DNA of 36,649 nucleotides from Jimgerdemannia flammicorona (Eukaryota): NCBI GenBank assembly GCA_003990765.1, contig RBNJ01000209.1, positions 1 to 36,649 of the forward strand, read 5' to 3'. Shown piece by piece: positions 23,581 to 36,649 of this stretch (position 1 is its first letter; each line of letters starts with the position of its first letter). The notes under the pieces were generated by a model. It saw only the letters and a program-made list of their open reading frames with translations, ran no database searches and was not told where the DNA came from. The position numbers and the translations under genes were made by a program.

Positions 23581-25338
23581 TTGATCCTCAGTTATGAGTC
23601 TGATCTGTCCTTAGCAAATATACATGCTCTATAAGGCAAGTTATTTTGTTCTATGTTGAGATTAAAGGAATACTCTGTTACTGATTCTCACTCTATTTTG
23701 ACCAGTGCACTGCTTTACTGGTCTTTATCAACTAATGAGCCCCTTTAGCAAAGGTGAAACCAGTCAATTATTAAAGTTGAAAACTTCCATCATTACCATG
23801 ATGCCATATAGTCTAAATAGTTTTGAAATGTGAAATTGGGTATATCTTTTGAACTCATTGACATCCTGCTCAAGAGTATATGAAACTAGGATATACCAAG
23901 AGCCAATTATATATGTTCTAGTATATAAGCATATCATTCTTTTGATAGATCAAATGGCTCCCAAATAAAATATAAACACATCATTCTGAAGCTCAAAAAA
24001 AACCCCCCTCCAACTCTGTCATACTATAGAGAATATGTTTCATATTACCATAAAAGCTTAGAGCAATTCCATATATCCAATAGCCACTGGCTTGATTATT
24101 TCTATGAACTTTGACTATTTTGAGACCACTAATTATTCTTGTATATAGGAGATATATCACTCTGCATAGCTGTAATTCCTATTGGCATATGCCAGTCTAG
24201 AAAAACAGAATGAAGTGATGTTTCTGGTCAGTCCAGGAAAACAAAATGAATAGGGAGTTGTTAGCAAAATTCAATAGTGGATGGGTATGAACTGCCACCT
24301 ATTCTGAGCACACTATATTCTCCTATTGGGCTGCAAACTCCTAAAAGCCATGTCCTTTTATACAAACAAGTTAGTATATAAATAAAACCAACCAATCAGA
24401 TAATTTATAATTGGGACCGGTTCAGGGTCTACAAAGGTCTAGGCTCTGTGACATAATATGTTTTACTATTATCATATACCAAGAGCAATTCCATGCACCC
24501 AATAGTCACTGGCTATCGATTGATATATCTGACAGGCCAAAGTATCTCACTGTTTTTGCTTATCTTTAAAGACTAATGGTGATATGTGAATTGAGTCCTC
24601 AATAACCAGAATCTGCCTCTCAGATGGTTGTATGACTGACCTAATGTTATGCCATTGAACAATATAATACACATATGCTATTAGGTTTTGCTTTTGCTTG
24701 ATATCCTGGGCACAGATATTCCTTCCATAGTAAACTAAACCTTGGTAACATATCACCAATAGCAAATGAGACAGTTTTAGGTAACTCCAAACCACATAGG
24801 TTACCAATGGCAAATTCATGTTGGTGCGAAATAAGAGTAATAAAAACATACACCATTTGCTATTGGTATATCCTAGTTAATTGTGCTATTGGTATATCTT
24901 CAAATTACTATATTGACATTGAGCCATTAGAAAAACTATTATATAAAGATTTATCTCGAATAATAATATTTATCCCCATATATCTCAACAATGCCAAAGA
25001 TAAATCACAATAAAAATATGCATATACTTGCAATGCAAATGTGACCTGATGGCCAGAAGGAATATCTGGTGAGCAGGAAAACCTCAGTATATATTACCTT
25101 TGTTGTCAAGGAAATTTTTTTCCTCTCTATTATTTTCTAAATAAGGATTTCTCTTCTACTTCTCTCTGATAGAGACAGGGCAGATCTTGGGTATGTATTT
25201 TTGACATACTCATCTTGGCTTATTGAATATTCATATAATTTAAAGCTCAACAGATCTTCTATCTCTCTTTTTACAGTTGATAGAATCTGATATCATTCCA
25301 TTTGCTCCTTATCTCATAAAAGATTTTAAGAACTAACA

Positions 25339-26640
25339 ATGTACACAGAATCATACATATTATACAGAACCTGAACAAAAACTCCATCAAACCCCTTGAC
25401 ATACCATTGATATTACTCTCATAAGTGAGGTTGAATTGCAACAAGCAATCTATGATTCATTGCTGCAAAAGAATACTGCTCTCACAAGTGAGGTCAAAAT
25501 GCAACAGGCAACCTATAATTCACTACTGCAAAAGAATACTGACCTCATAAGTGTGGTTGACATACAATAAGCAACCCATGATTTACTGCTACAAAAGAAC
25601 ACTGCTCTCACAAGTGAGGTCGAAATACAACATGCAACCCTCAAGAAAATTCACCATCTGCAGGAACAACAGCAAGCAAAGCATGATTCACTGTAGCAAA
25701 AAAGCACTGCTCTCACAAGTGTGATCAAAATGCAACAGGCAACCCTTGAGACAATTTGCCATCTGCAGGAACAACAACAAACAATGATTCATTGCTGCAA
25801 AAAAACACTACTCTCACATATGAGATTGAAATGAAATGCAATGGGCAACCCATAATTCACTATTACAAAAAAATACTGCTCTCACAAGTGAGGTCAAAAT
25901 GCAACAGACAACCCAACAGGCAACCCTCTAGGAGATTTGCTGACTGCAGACAATATACAATATTCGCAAAGGATAACTGCAGGCTGGCTGTAACTAACTC
26001 AGGGCAGAACGTCAAATAATCCAAAGAGAGCTTGAAAAGGAACAGAGAGTCTATGATTCGCTGAAGGCAGATTGTAACAAACTCCAGGCTGTGCACCAAC
26101 AACTCCAAAATTATATCAAAACAGACAAGGTGACCAATAATCTAGCTTTATTACTTCAAAATATACAACAAAATACTGACATATCTATTATCACTCCCTC
26201 TTACTCACCTGATCCGATGCACTATAATCTTGATAGTAATGCCCCTCATCCCACTCATCATACTGTCCCTGAGCCAAGTTACTGACTTACTGATATGTCT
26301 TCCATCCCTCTTGATAACAAATCTGTCCCTGAGCTAAGTTTCAGATTGGATGCACTTGCAATAGCAGCCTTACAGGGCAGAAGTGATACAAACTAACAGA
26401 CTTGAAATAGTTAAGTAAAGACTTCAGATCCACTGGCAATATTGCGAATGAGTAGGCCCATACCAACAAGGAAGCAGAACCAAAATGTAAGCTTATAGTA
26501 CTATATAGTCCATATTGGTCCTTACATAGCTGCTTTCATGACTAACAGAGCTATTACTGAACCAAATAGGCTCAAACTGGTAGGCAAGGAAGACCTGTTT
26601 CACAATGTAACACTTGTCAAATCAATCAAAAGAATTATGG
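25339..26640 (+). pseudogene. Decayed coiled-coil repeat protein gene (63-bp / 21-aa repeats)
   Basis: About 7 units encoding LTSEVKMQQATHDSLLQKNTA-like heptads (25418-25910), with stops and frameshifts. A CNTC motif occurs near 26612. Confidence 0.55.
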
Positions 26641-27138
26641 CTTATATATTAAGTGTAATCATAAAGAGGTTGGTACAAATTAATATAATATTTCACCTTA
26701 TAATTAATATATATTATCCTCAATATTCTGCTGATACAACCAGTCATTAACATTGTTATATCCCCAGCAACTACAGAAAAATCTAAAGATACAACCAGCC
26801 ATTGATATACCTAAAGTTGAGACATCTGTGAATTGTGTACTTCCAATTGTAATTAATGAATCAGAGAAGAAGATTTCAATAATTTGGAAGATGCATAAAT
26901 ATCCTAACAGCAGGACATCTTCTCTGTCTCTAGCTGTGCCAATTGTTAAAACATATCCTTATATACTTCCTAAATCTTTATTTAAACAATAGAGACCTTC
27001 TGAAGATATACTATATTATAATTATTATATCAAGCAATTCAGAATTAAGGATCTTACATATAGGCTTTGGCTTGATTTATGCCCAACTCATTCTATATAC
27101 CCAATTGTGCCCAAAAATACACTTGTAATGTATAGCAA

Positions 27139-27880
27139 ATGATAAATCTCAGGCTTCAAAAGAACACAATCATGTGATTGATTTGGGCACATGGGGCACA
27201 TGTATTATTGTGGCTTGGGGCTGGAGATTTGACATACAATCATGGTAACTGATTTGGGCATATGGGGCACATAACATATATACTTTGCTATTGGGCAGTT
27301 TGATAGTTCTAAGTGACTATAACAAAGATGCTATTATATTATTATGAACATGCTCAAATTGTGGATCTAAAATACAAATTTCACAAATTGATTCTGATTG
27401 TAGTAAAATGAACAAAATAAAAGTATGTATATCAAATATTATTATTATATTTTGTTTGAATTTGCCATTAGTAATTCCAAAATGTGGTACAAAAGATTCC
27501 TGTAGTGAATGATAAATCTTAGGCTTCAAAGGAATTATGGCGTACACAATCATGTGACTGATTTGAGTGCATGGGGTACATGCATTATTGTGGCTTGGGC
27601 TGAAGAATCATGTGACTGATTTGGGCTGAAGATTTGACACACAATCATTTGGGCACATGGGGCACATAATATATATATTTTAATTTGAATTTACTATTGA
27701 GCAGTTTGATAGTTCTAAGTGACCATAACAAATATACCATCATGTTATTATGAACATATATTGATTCTAATTATAATAGTAAAATGAACAAAATAAAAAT
27801 ATGTATATCAAATACTATCATTATATTTTGTCTGAATTCACCATTGGTAATTCCAAAATATGGTACAAAAGATTTCTACA
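27139..27880. repeat. ~370-bp tandem duplication with internal GATTTGGGCACATGGGGCACA motifs
   Basis: ATGATAAATCT.AGGCTTCAAA at 27139 and 27509. The downstream block GCAGTTTGATAGTTCTAAGTGAC...GGTACAAAAGATT also occurs twice. Confidence 0.8.
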
Positions 27881-28875
27881 TCAGTATATTTATTAGCCAA
27901 TAGCCAAATTATTATTATATATTTATGTAATATATGTGATTTTCTCCTGGCCAATGGCAAATACTATTGCAGTACTGGTACCTCATTTGTGTAACATATG
28001 AATGCTGTGTCATTATATATATATAATCCTTTTTGCATCTAGCACAATACAAATTTAACAAATACAAATCTAATATACAAACACACATCCAACACAATAT
28101 GGTCAAGCATAATATTGAGAGCATTGAAGAGTAACTGACTTCCACTATCCCTGCCAAGTGCCTTTGCCCCATTGCTATGCATCCAAAAGCCCTCTCAGAT
28201 GAAACTACCCAAATAGCCAAATGTAATATAGAGTCAGTTGAAGAGCCATTGACTCCTGCTATCTCTGCCAAGTGCTTTTGTATAAACAAAACTAATACAA
28301 GTATTAAGATGAGAAAATGAGTTCTATACAAAAGGTTCGATTTCAGTATTACAAATGAGCTCTAAACTAATGGCATATTTATGTACCATATTTATAGAAA
28401 TCAGAGAGGGGGTGCAGGCAGCCGAGAACACAGTGTGATAGTTGCTGAATGCTGCGGAAAACCAAATAGCTGCATATAAAATGCATTCATAAGAATGATT
28501 GGTTATCTTTTGATTCCCTTATTATACCAGCTTGATACATTTGCAATAATTTCTGCTACCTCTCTTCTACCAACCCTGCTACAGTACCACCTAACAAATT
28601 CTTCTAACATTTTATTACCTTACCAATTCTCTCAGCTGCAGCTCTTACTGTCTTCTGTCAATTAACTCCACCTGCTCCTGCTGTACCTTTATCAACAGCA
28701 CCTCCCACTGCTTCTCTTCGACTGACTCCATCTGCTCCTGGTATGACTCACTTATTAACTACCACTATACCTTGACCAACTGTACAAGAAGACATATATA
28801 TGTATCTTTGGCAATATAATATTTTGGGCCAAAATGTTGAAGGTCACAATTGGGGGATGGAAATATAGAACCCTT

Positions 28876-29516
28876 TTACAGTGGTAGAGGAAGAGCACAC
28901 AGTAGTGCTGGAAGAACAACACCCTATTGTAGAATGGGTAGGGCCTTTCACAGTAGTGGAGGAAGAGTACACAGTGGTGGTGGAAGAACAATACCCTATT
29001 GCAGAATGGGTAGGGCCTTTCACAGTGGTGGAGGAAGAGTACACAGTGGTGGCAGAACAACAACACCCTATTGTAGAATAGGTAGGGCCAATGAACAAAC
29101 CAAATATTTCAGAAGAGGTCTCTGTCGATAATGAACAATCACTATGGTTCAACTTTGCAATAGATGAACAGTGTTCATTTACAGGACTTGGAGATTTAAC
29201 AACTATGTTCTCTGTCAAGAATGAATATGCAGTACTGCTCAACCTTATAGCAGATGAGAACAAACAGATTATATTGACAGGACTTGGGGATTTACCAACT
29301 GTGGTCTCTATTGAGGATGAACAAGCAACAGAGAAAATGGGTTTTGGAGCAGATATGAATGAGCAGGTTTCATTTGGAGAGCTTGGAGATTCAACTACAG
29401 TTCTGGAGCTTGATGCCATTACCTATCAAACTAATGAATCAAATATTTATATCAGCAGGCTGGGTCAAGAGAAGACATTTTGGGAGATTATTGCTGAATG
29501 TTTTAATTTGTGGTAG
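28876..29516 (+). pseudogene. Decayed acidic repeat ORF (69-bp / 23-aa tandem repeats)
   Basis: FTVVEEEYTVVVEEQYPIAEWVGP x3. The third W codon is TAG, and the frame continues into ORF 29091-29516 (GLGDL/GELGD repeats). Confidence 0.55.
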
Positions 29517-29694
29517 GTATATGTACAAATATAGTTTCTGGAAATGTATTTCCTATTGCAATATATCTTTATTTATTAATATTATATATCTCTCCACATC
29601 TGATAACCATCACAGAAATTTATACTTTATAAAGGATTTTGTTTGCCTCTGGATTTCATTCATTTATAGTTTGGGGTGGATTTTACTCTTTGCT

Positions 29695-30020
29695 TTTATT
29701 TTATTTCACCATTATGAGGCAACCATCAGAGCTTGGCTTCAAAGCTGGTCCAATGATAATGCCTCAAAGGCAACTATCTGAACAGGGTTTGGAAGCTGGT
29801 CCAAGGGGGATTACTAGATAGTTATTTATATTTTATTTCACCATCATGAGGCAACTGTCAGAGCTTGGCTTCAAAGCTGGTCCAATGATGATGCCCCAAA
29901 GGCAACTGTCCAAACAAGGTTTGGAAGCTGGTCCAAGGAGGATTACTAGATAGTTATTTTCTATTTTATTTCGCCATTATGAGGCAACTGTCTGAACAGG
30001 GTTTAGAAGGTGGTCCAAAT
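29695..30020. repeat. ~131-bp tandem repeat x ~2.5
   Basis: TATTTTATTTCACCAT.ATGAGGCAAC..TCAGAGCTTGGCTTCAAAGCTGGTCCAATGAT...GATTACTAGATAGTTATTT repeated. Confidence 0.85.
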
Positions 30021-30940
30021 ATTAATTTCATATTTGAGTTTGGGTTATGATATTGCACATTTGTAATGAATGATATATCTGGTTTATATTAGGGACAAAA
30101 TATATCAGGGTAGAATATATCTGAATATTCACAAATATGTAAAGGCATATATCAGGTTATTCTATAATAAATAGGTGAGACAGTCAAACAAATGAACCCA
30201 AGTATATTTAGGACAAAATATATCTGGGTAGAATGTGTTTGAATATTCGCAAAGATGTAATAAAGTATATATCTAGTTTAAATATATAATAAAAGAGGTG
30301 AGGTGGTCATCTTGATAGATATTGATCAAATGAATGAACCCAAGTACATTTGTAATGAATGAGTAGAATATGATGAAGCATATATCTATAATTAATAAGT
30401 GAGGTGGTCATCCTGACAGATATCAGTCAAACGAACAAACCAAATATTTTGAATAGTACAGAAGATTGTGGTGAGGAAGCAGCATAGTATAAAGGATACT
30501 AGTTTGCTAACTTGTTCAAAGCCTCATTCACAACCTAAGATACCATTCAAAATATTTGATACATTCATCTGAGTGGTATCAGGAGGAGGGTTGAGAGCTG
30601 TGAGAAAATGAAGAAGTCTTCAAAAAGCACAGCAGGTGCAGTAGTGAGCAAATTTTGCCATAGACTCACACATAATTTGTATCATACTGGATAATTTCAA
30701 TCTATTGGTTTTCATATCGATGGTGAGATTATCCATTTTGCTGTGGCCAATAGTTAAATAGGAAGTTTCTTTACTATGTAATCGTGATACTGATAATCAG
30801 ATGACCTCCCAGAAATATATGATTAAGTGATTTCATGTATGATGTCATCAAACAGACAATCTCCATTTTTGAGTCTCAAAACAAAACCAACATGTATTTT
30901 GATCTTTTTCTTTATCCTACTCCCATTTTCTATATATAAA

Positions 30941-33900
30941 ATGGCCAACATTGTAACTCTCAACTACCTGGTCCAAGGTGATATCCCTCCATCTAAATGT
31001 GCATTCTCTGTCAAAATTGCCAAGGCTGAGAGCATCAGTGAACTCAAGGAGCTGATCAAAACAAAGTTTGCACCATGTTTTGATCATGTCATTGTCAACG
31101 AACTCATGCTCTGGAAGGTCAACATCCCCCTCGATAAACCCAACAGCATGCTGGCTGTCCTCGAGGCTGACACCAATACCAATGTTGATATCAAGAATGG
31201 ACTGCAGGGCAAGATATTGTCAGCATCACTACACAAGATTTATAAGACCTTCCCCAATGAGCTTATGGAGGAGCATATTGATGTCATTGTCCAGCACCCT
31301 ACTACTCCTTTGCAGGTAGCTCCTCAACCTGGTATATTTTTTACATCTTATATTATTGCAAGGGATGACTGCAGTAGGTGACGAAGAAGGCACATTGGGT
31401 GAATATTGGTATGGCAAGGGAGAATGAAGGCAACTTGGATGGTGGTCAAGTAGTAATTATCCTAGTTCATGAAACTCAGTCATACTAACAAATAGAAATA
31501 ATACTCATATTTTTTTACTTCTCAATTACTACTTTAGCACTACAAAATAAGGATATTTGGTATCATGTTGAACTTTCCAACCACCATGCAACAAAACTCA
31601 TAAATTTCAATAGAAAGGATATTAATGATTTTGCAAAGGCAATCAAGGCAGCAAACCTCGAGGGCATCACCTGCGATACACCAGCATTGGTTCTCCTTGT
31701 CGCTCATCCTGATATAGAAAGCAATGATGTGCTGGATGATGACCTTCTTGAACAACATGGTGATTTTTGCACTCTCATACAATATTATAAAATCTTGAGG
31801 ATGAATCCCATTAAGGTTAAACTGCCCCCGAGTTGACACTCACAAGAAACAATATCTATACTGTCCCCTGGCAAGTTTTTTAAAGTTATGTTACCATTTA
31901 TCATTCAATGTTGTGAATATGTATTTAACACATTATTGGATCAACTAGATTATATTTTATCTGCTATATTACCATCAAAGCATTCAAGGGTTGGTTTACC
32001 ACACAGCAAGCCAAACATGTGGAGTCGAATATTGAGGGAAACAACACCTATACCAATTTCTGGCAAGTATTTTTTAAATAATTATATTTTGATATGTGAT
32101 ACTTATAATGTATAGATATCTATTAATATATTATATCAGATCAAATAGGGTATATTATGTCTGCCATATCACCATCAAAGCATTCAAGAGTTGCAGAAGC
32201 TATAGGTAGAAGAGCTTTGTACATTTCACATAACAAGATCTATTCATTATATTTGACATATAAAGAGATGGATCTGTATAAACAATTGTTGGTAGTTGGT
32301 ATAATGGTGGCATGTGAAACTGCATTATATAGTTGTAAGCGAAAACAGGATAATTTTGATGATAATGAAGATAATATTCAATATCCTTGGGGTATAAATA
32401 AAAGACATGCTTGTTCATAATTTATTAGAACCTTTTAATCAAGATATGGTTTTTTATTTAATTTATAAATTTCTTTCTTATTTATCTCTGAAATGCCAGA
32501 TAGTTATTTCCCAGATCAAGAAGAGCAAAAAGAAGTATCTGGCAATCTACCTGATTTCATTCCACGATATAGAAGATTCAACAATAATGATGTAAGATTA
32601 TAAATTATTGTATTACTATTGCTTATCAGAACCCATTAATAATAATAATTGTATTTTTGTCTTCCTAGGAATCAAAACATTCTTCAAGTATCATGATACT
32701 TAAGAAAAAGACAACTATGATCAGCTATATAATTCCAAATAGTAGCCCATCTGCAGCAACAGTGACTGATTCATCATACATCCCCTCTTCTCCTAATTTG
32801 GATATCAGCGAAGAATCTATCATTAAGACAAATGAAAATAATGGTATAAATTATTTTGTTGGTCCTGGCAAAATGGAATTAAATCTGGATGATTGTCCAT
32901 CTAGAGTAAATATTTTCATATTTTGCATATTGTGTTATATTATATATATATGCTTTATATTTATTTATCACCTTTTATCAAATAGTGGATTATAGGCAAA
33001 GTAGATATCTCTGGTATATGTCATGAATATCAAACAGCAATTATTAGAAAGTATAAATCAATACAGGTTCACTTGCCGGCACTTGAAGAATTGTGAGTAT
33101 TTAATTTAAGTATCTAATTATGATATTGATATTAACATATTGAAATAATACAGCCAACCTATTTTCTTTACAGGACTTTAAGCCATATATTTGTTTTCCA
33201 AGAAGAGAATCTGTATAATCTATATGAATATTTTGATGAAAATCTCCGGGGTAATCTGTTTATTGAATTCCGAAACCTATACCCATATATATTCATCTCA
33301 AATGATATCCTTCAGATATTCACTAAGACTATTAAGGTGGGTTTTTACAATATATCTCTTACATAAAGCATTTATGTTCTAATATTATGATTTTATATAT
33401 TTAGATTGTATGTGAGAATCCAATTTATCAAAACCGTAAAGCCATTATATGTGACTATCTTCAAAGCTTACAAACAACAAGTAATGGAGAAGTAATGATA
33501 GAGATTATTAGAAATTTGTATGTTCAAATAATATCATATTTTGCATAATGTCTTGGTTTCAATTTGCTTACACATTGTTTATATTTTATATTATATAAAG
33601 GTTTGATATCAAGCAGTCATCATTTACATGGTATCATAATATTGAAGACACTCATATTCACCTCAATGTTGCTTCAATATTGAGACTATTTTTTAAGAAC
33701 AGGAGAACTATAGTTGATTGGTAAGTATTGATGCAAATGTAATTATATATACAATACCCCATAAATATAAACCCTATTGTGATTTATTTAAAGAGCGAAC
33801 AGTATCTCCAAATCATCATCAATGATGAAAAAGAGGTTTGATCCAGTTCTCTGGGGTACAAAGCCAGACCTTATTGTCAGAATAGCACATGATCAAGTTG

Positions 33901-34525
33901 AGCTGCTTATTGGTGAGATAAAACCACCAAATGCAAAAAATTCATTGATCATGCAAGATCTAGTCAGTCTTGGTAAAATAATGAAAAATGCTATGGATAA
34001 GTCAATTGAGGATGGTGTACCAAATCTTGTCATCTGCAGTCTGCATATAGTTGGTAAGTATTACATCTATATAGTCAATGAGCTTGAGAAAGAGGGCTGA
34101 GCTCCTAGATATAGCTATTGACCTCAAAAATAAAATCTGTGCTGACAACTATTTCATCTTTCATTATTAGGATTTATAGGAAGAGCATATGTGATAGATC
34201 TCCTTTTTGATAGAATATATCATATGATAATGATTAGAGAATTTGAGTTCCCACAGGGGGCAATATCATGGAGCACTATGTTAGAATGCTACCAAGTATT
34301 AAGTACTATTCAGATAAACAAACAATCAGCCCTATAGAAATCATCCTATAATACCACATACCATAGTTACTAATCTCAATGTTTCTTCTCCAGAATATTG
34401 TCAATAATGGTATCACTCAATATCAGTCTGCGATATGAAACAATACTGGTCAGATGAAATCTGAAAAGATGAAAATGACCAAGCTAATGTTTCATAGTCT
34501 AATGAAAGTGCAGAGTTGGCAATAG
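30941..34525 (+). pseudogene. Multi-exon Crinkler-family gene: CRN N-domain, second header-like domain, C-terminal PD-(D/E)xK nuclease (REase-like); decayed
   Basis: Exon 30941-31331 reads MANIVTLNYLVQGD...LMLWKVNIP...HIDVIVQHP. A phase-1 intron leads to 31538 ALQNKDIWYHVE...DINDFAKAIK. Later exons read EDTHIHLNVASILRLFF...W|ANSISKSS...DPVLWGTKPDLIVR...LLIGEIKPP...DLVSLGKIMK...LHIVG|FIGRAYVIDL. Stops are present. Linkage through the middle exons was not fully resolved. Confidence 0.7.
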
Positions 34526-34566
34526 TGTTGTAAGCTAAATGACCAAAAATATTTTCTGTACAATGC

Positions 34567-34905
34567 ACTCAATAGTTTGGTATGCTACTTTTTACAATTA
34601 CAATAATCAGGCTATATAGAGTGATATATATAGTCAATTTTTAAATAATTAGTCACTTGATTGTATGCTTATATTGTAAAATTGTGCATCTAATATATGA
34701 GTTAATTGTGTAACCAAATTGAAAAATCAGATTACTGAACCACTTTAGATTTCGGCCAATTTGTGTTATATAGAATACAATTTCTGGGGATTACCGAACC
34801 ACTTTAGATTTTGGCCAATTTGTATTATATAGAATACAATTTCTGGAAATTCCAAATTCTGGTTAACTCAAAATTTGCCACTCTTGTATTGTAATTTAGT
34901 TTTAC
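34567..34905 (+). repeat. ~280-bp dispersed repeat, copy 2 (with internal ~59-bp duplication)
   Basis: Colinear with 11731-12010. ACCACTTTAGATTT.GGCCAATTTGT.TTATATAGAATACAATTTCTGG is duplicated. Confidence 0.85.
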
Positions 34906-35295
34906 TCTCTGGAATTTTCAAATTGCCACTGAAATTTTGGTTAGCTTAAATATTAAAATTACCATATCAGTGCAATTGATCACAGAATATACCAGAAGCG
35001 ATATTCAATAATATATAACATTGTAACATATAATATTACAGTCTATAACTAACTACAAATTCTGGTTCTGTAATATGGTTGATCAGATAATTATAGATAG
35101 ACTACCAGCATTATAAGTGATATGAAATTTGGTTAGTGTAATATATTATCTATCAATGTCTTTTTAACAATTAATCTTCATGGGCCTCTTCAAATATTAA
35201 AAAGATGAGACCTGGTTGTGGCATATTATTATTAGGGGCCATAGTGGTTGTAGTAAGAATTGTGGTATATTGGGTACATATATGGGCATACATAT

Positions 35296-36649
35296 TGTGA
35301 TGTCGGTTATGTATGATGAACTTCGACTTCACGGCTCAATGTATGCTACTTGGTGAAGCGCGCGATGTATAACTGAGTGCATTGGTGACGTTCGCGGCGG
35401 TTACGGGTCGTTGGTCACGTGATCAGCTCATTCGATTCATGCAGCAATTGATAATAGAATAGCGGGACTTCGATTGTTCGTTGGCTCAGGTCGTCGATGG
35501 CTCAATTGTTTAGTGGATAAGGGTGTTTCCTGGCGGTCGTTAACTTGGTGGCGACGGTCTTGAATTTAAGCGGTGACGACGGGCTTGTTCTTTATGCGGT
35601 CAATTAAAGCGGGCGACGGTCTTGACTTTAAGCGGTTCATGGCGCAGTAGGGAATCGTTCGGGTCAACGGTTCAGTCGAACGTTTGTTCTTAACTTGAGG
35701 GTGGGTTCCTGGCGGTTGTTCGAGTATCTTGGCGGGTCTTAGGCTGCGGTCCTGCTTGGCTGGGTATCCTTGGGTTCCTTGGGTTTTCCGGGTCTTGAAT
35801 CTCGAATGGCGGCGAATGGGGGTCTCGAATGGCAGCTTTCCTTAGCGGCGGGTCTTGAATATTTTCTTTCTTTCCGTGGCAAGAGAAAATTCTTTAACTC
35901 AAACTTCCGAGCAATCTGTTGCTCTAGGTTATCTTGTTCTCAGAATTTATCCGGTCTCTTGGAGGCAGTGTGTTTTCTCTGTAAAACTGTCTGACTGAGG
36001 TTTATTCACTCTAAGAATATGGGTTATTTATACAAGTTTGCTAGCTATGAGGGGGCACGACTAAGGCTAAGGTATACTATGTTGTGGCAAGCTATGCTAT
36101 TGGCTTGCACGATGTGAAGGGCTGACTTGCTGACAAGATGCTGAAAATGGTTGCACTGGGTAGCAACGCTGAAAACGGACTTGCTGACAAAATGCTGAAA
36201 ACGGTGGTACTGGGTAGCAACGCTGGATTTGGACTTGCTGACTTGCTGACACGGATGGATATGGATGCGGCGATTGTTGCCAGAAGCAGTTGTGGAGGGT
36301 AGCAACACTGGAAACGGACTTGCTGACAAAATGCTGAAAACGGTAGTACTGGGTAGCAACGCTGGATTCGGACTTGCTGACTTGCTGACACGGATGGATA
36401 TGGATGCAGCGATTGTTGCCAGAAGCAGTTGTGGAGGGTAGCAATGCTGGATTTGGATGAGCTGACAAAAGCTTGGTTCTCACAGCTGATAGGCGGTACT
36501 CTAGAGGGAATAGTACCATTCATCCGCGGTGGGCAAATCTTGCTGGGTTGCGATTTCTTCTTCATCATATCTCTCCTCAAAAGGGGGAAGTGCCGGCCAA
36601 GAGGTGAGGGGGTAGAAAAGTGGCCAGTCATCTTCAACAACATTCTCCA
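35296..36649 (-). mobile_element. Element A copy 2 (3' part; runs off the window)
   Basis: The reverse complement matches ~10239-11633, ends ...TCACA followed by ATAT, and retains many more CpGs than copy 1. Confidence 0.85.

Noticed and set aside
28876..29090. CRISPR-like array (also considered 10418-10690, 11075-11170 and 25418-25910)
   Set aside because: Contiguous tandem units without unique spacers, eukaryotic context and no cas genes.
31540..31839. Minus-strand Cys-rich ORF
   Set aside because: The plus strand gives a phase-compatible exon of the Crinkler gene, so the minus ORF is a shadow.
9194..36649. The two element-A copies as paired LTRs or TIRs of one ~27-kb element
   Set aside because: They are inverted and clearly diverged, and copy 1 has its own TSD on both sides.

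Overview
Eukaryotic, intron-rich, AT-rich DNA, most likely from an early-diverging fungus (Mucoromycota-like). This is inferred from the Crinkler-type genes and short GT-AG introns, not proven. A small CpG-normal gene island (~16.65-22.4 kb) holds an intact 3-exon two-TM membrane protein gene, an intact secreted Cys-rich GPI-type gene and a possible LRR relic. It is flanked by CpG-depleted, decayed repeat domains. The left domain contains a reconstructable 8-exon pseudogene fusing a Crinkler (CRN) N-terminal domain to a Crypton-like tyrosine recombinase, convergent with a B-type cyclin pseudogene. A nest of retroelements follows: four copies of a ~1.17-kb poly(A), TSD-flanked element lacking RT, and two different 2.0-2.4-kb TG...CA solo-LTR-like elements. 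Each solo-LTR-like element carries a ~330-365-aa ORF upstream of its TATA box, and the two ORFs appear homologous. The right domain holds repeat-rich decayed ORFs, a second Crinkler gene ending in a PD-(D/E)xK nuclease, and a second copy of one solo-LTR-like family. All calls come from manual reading and translation; no database searches were run.
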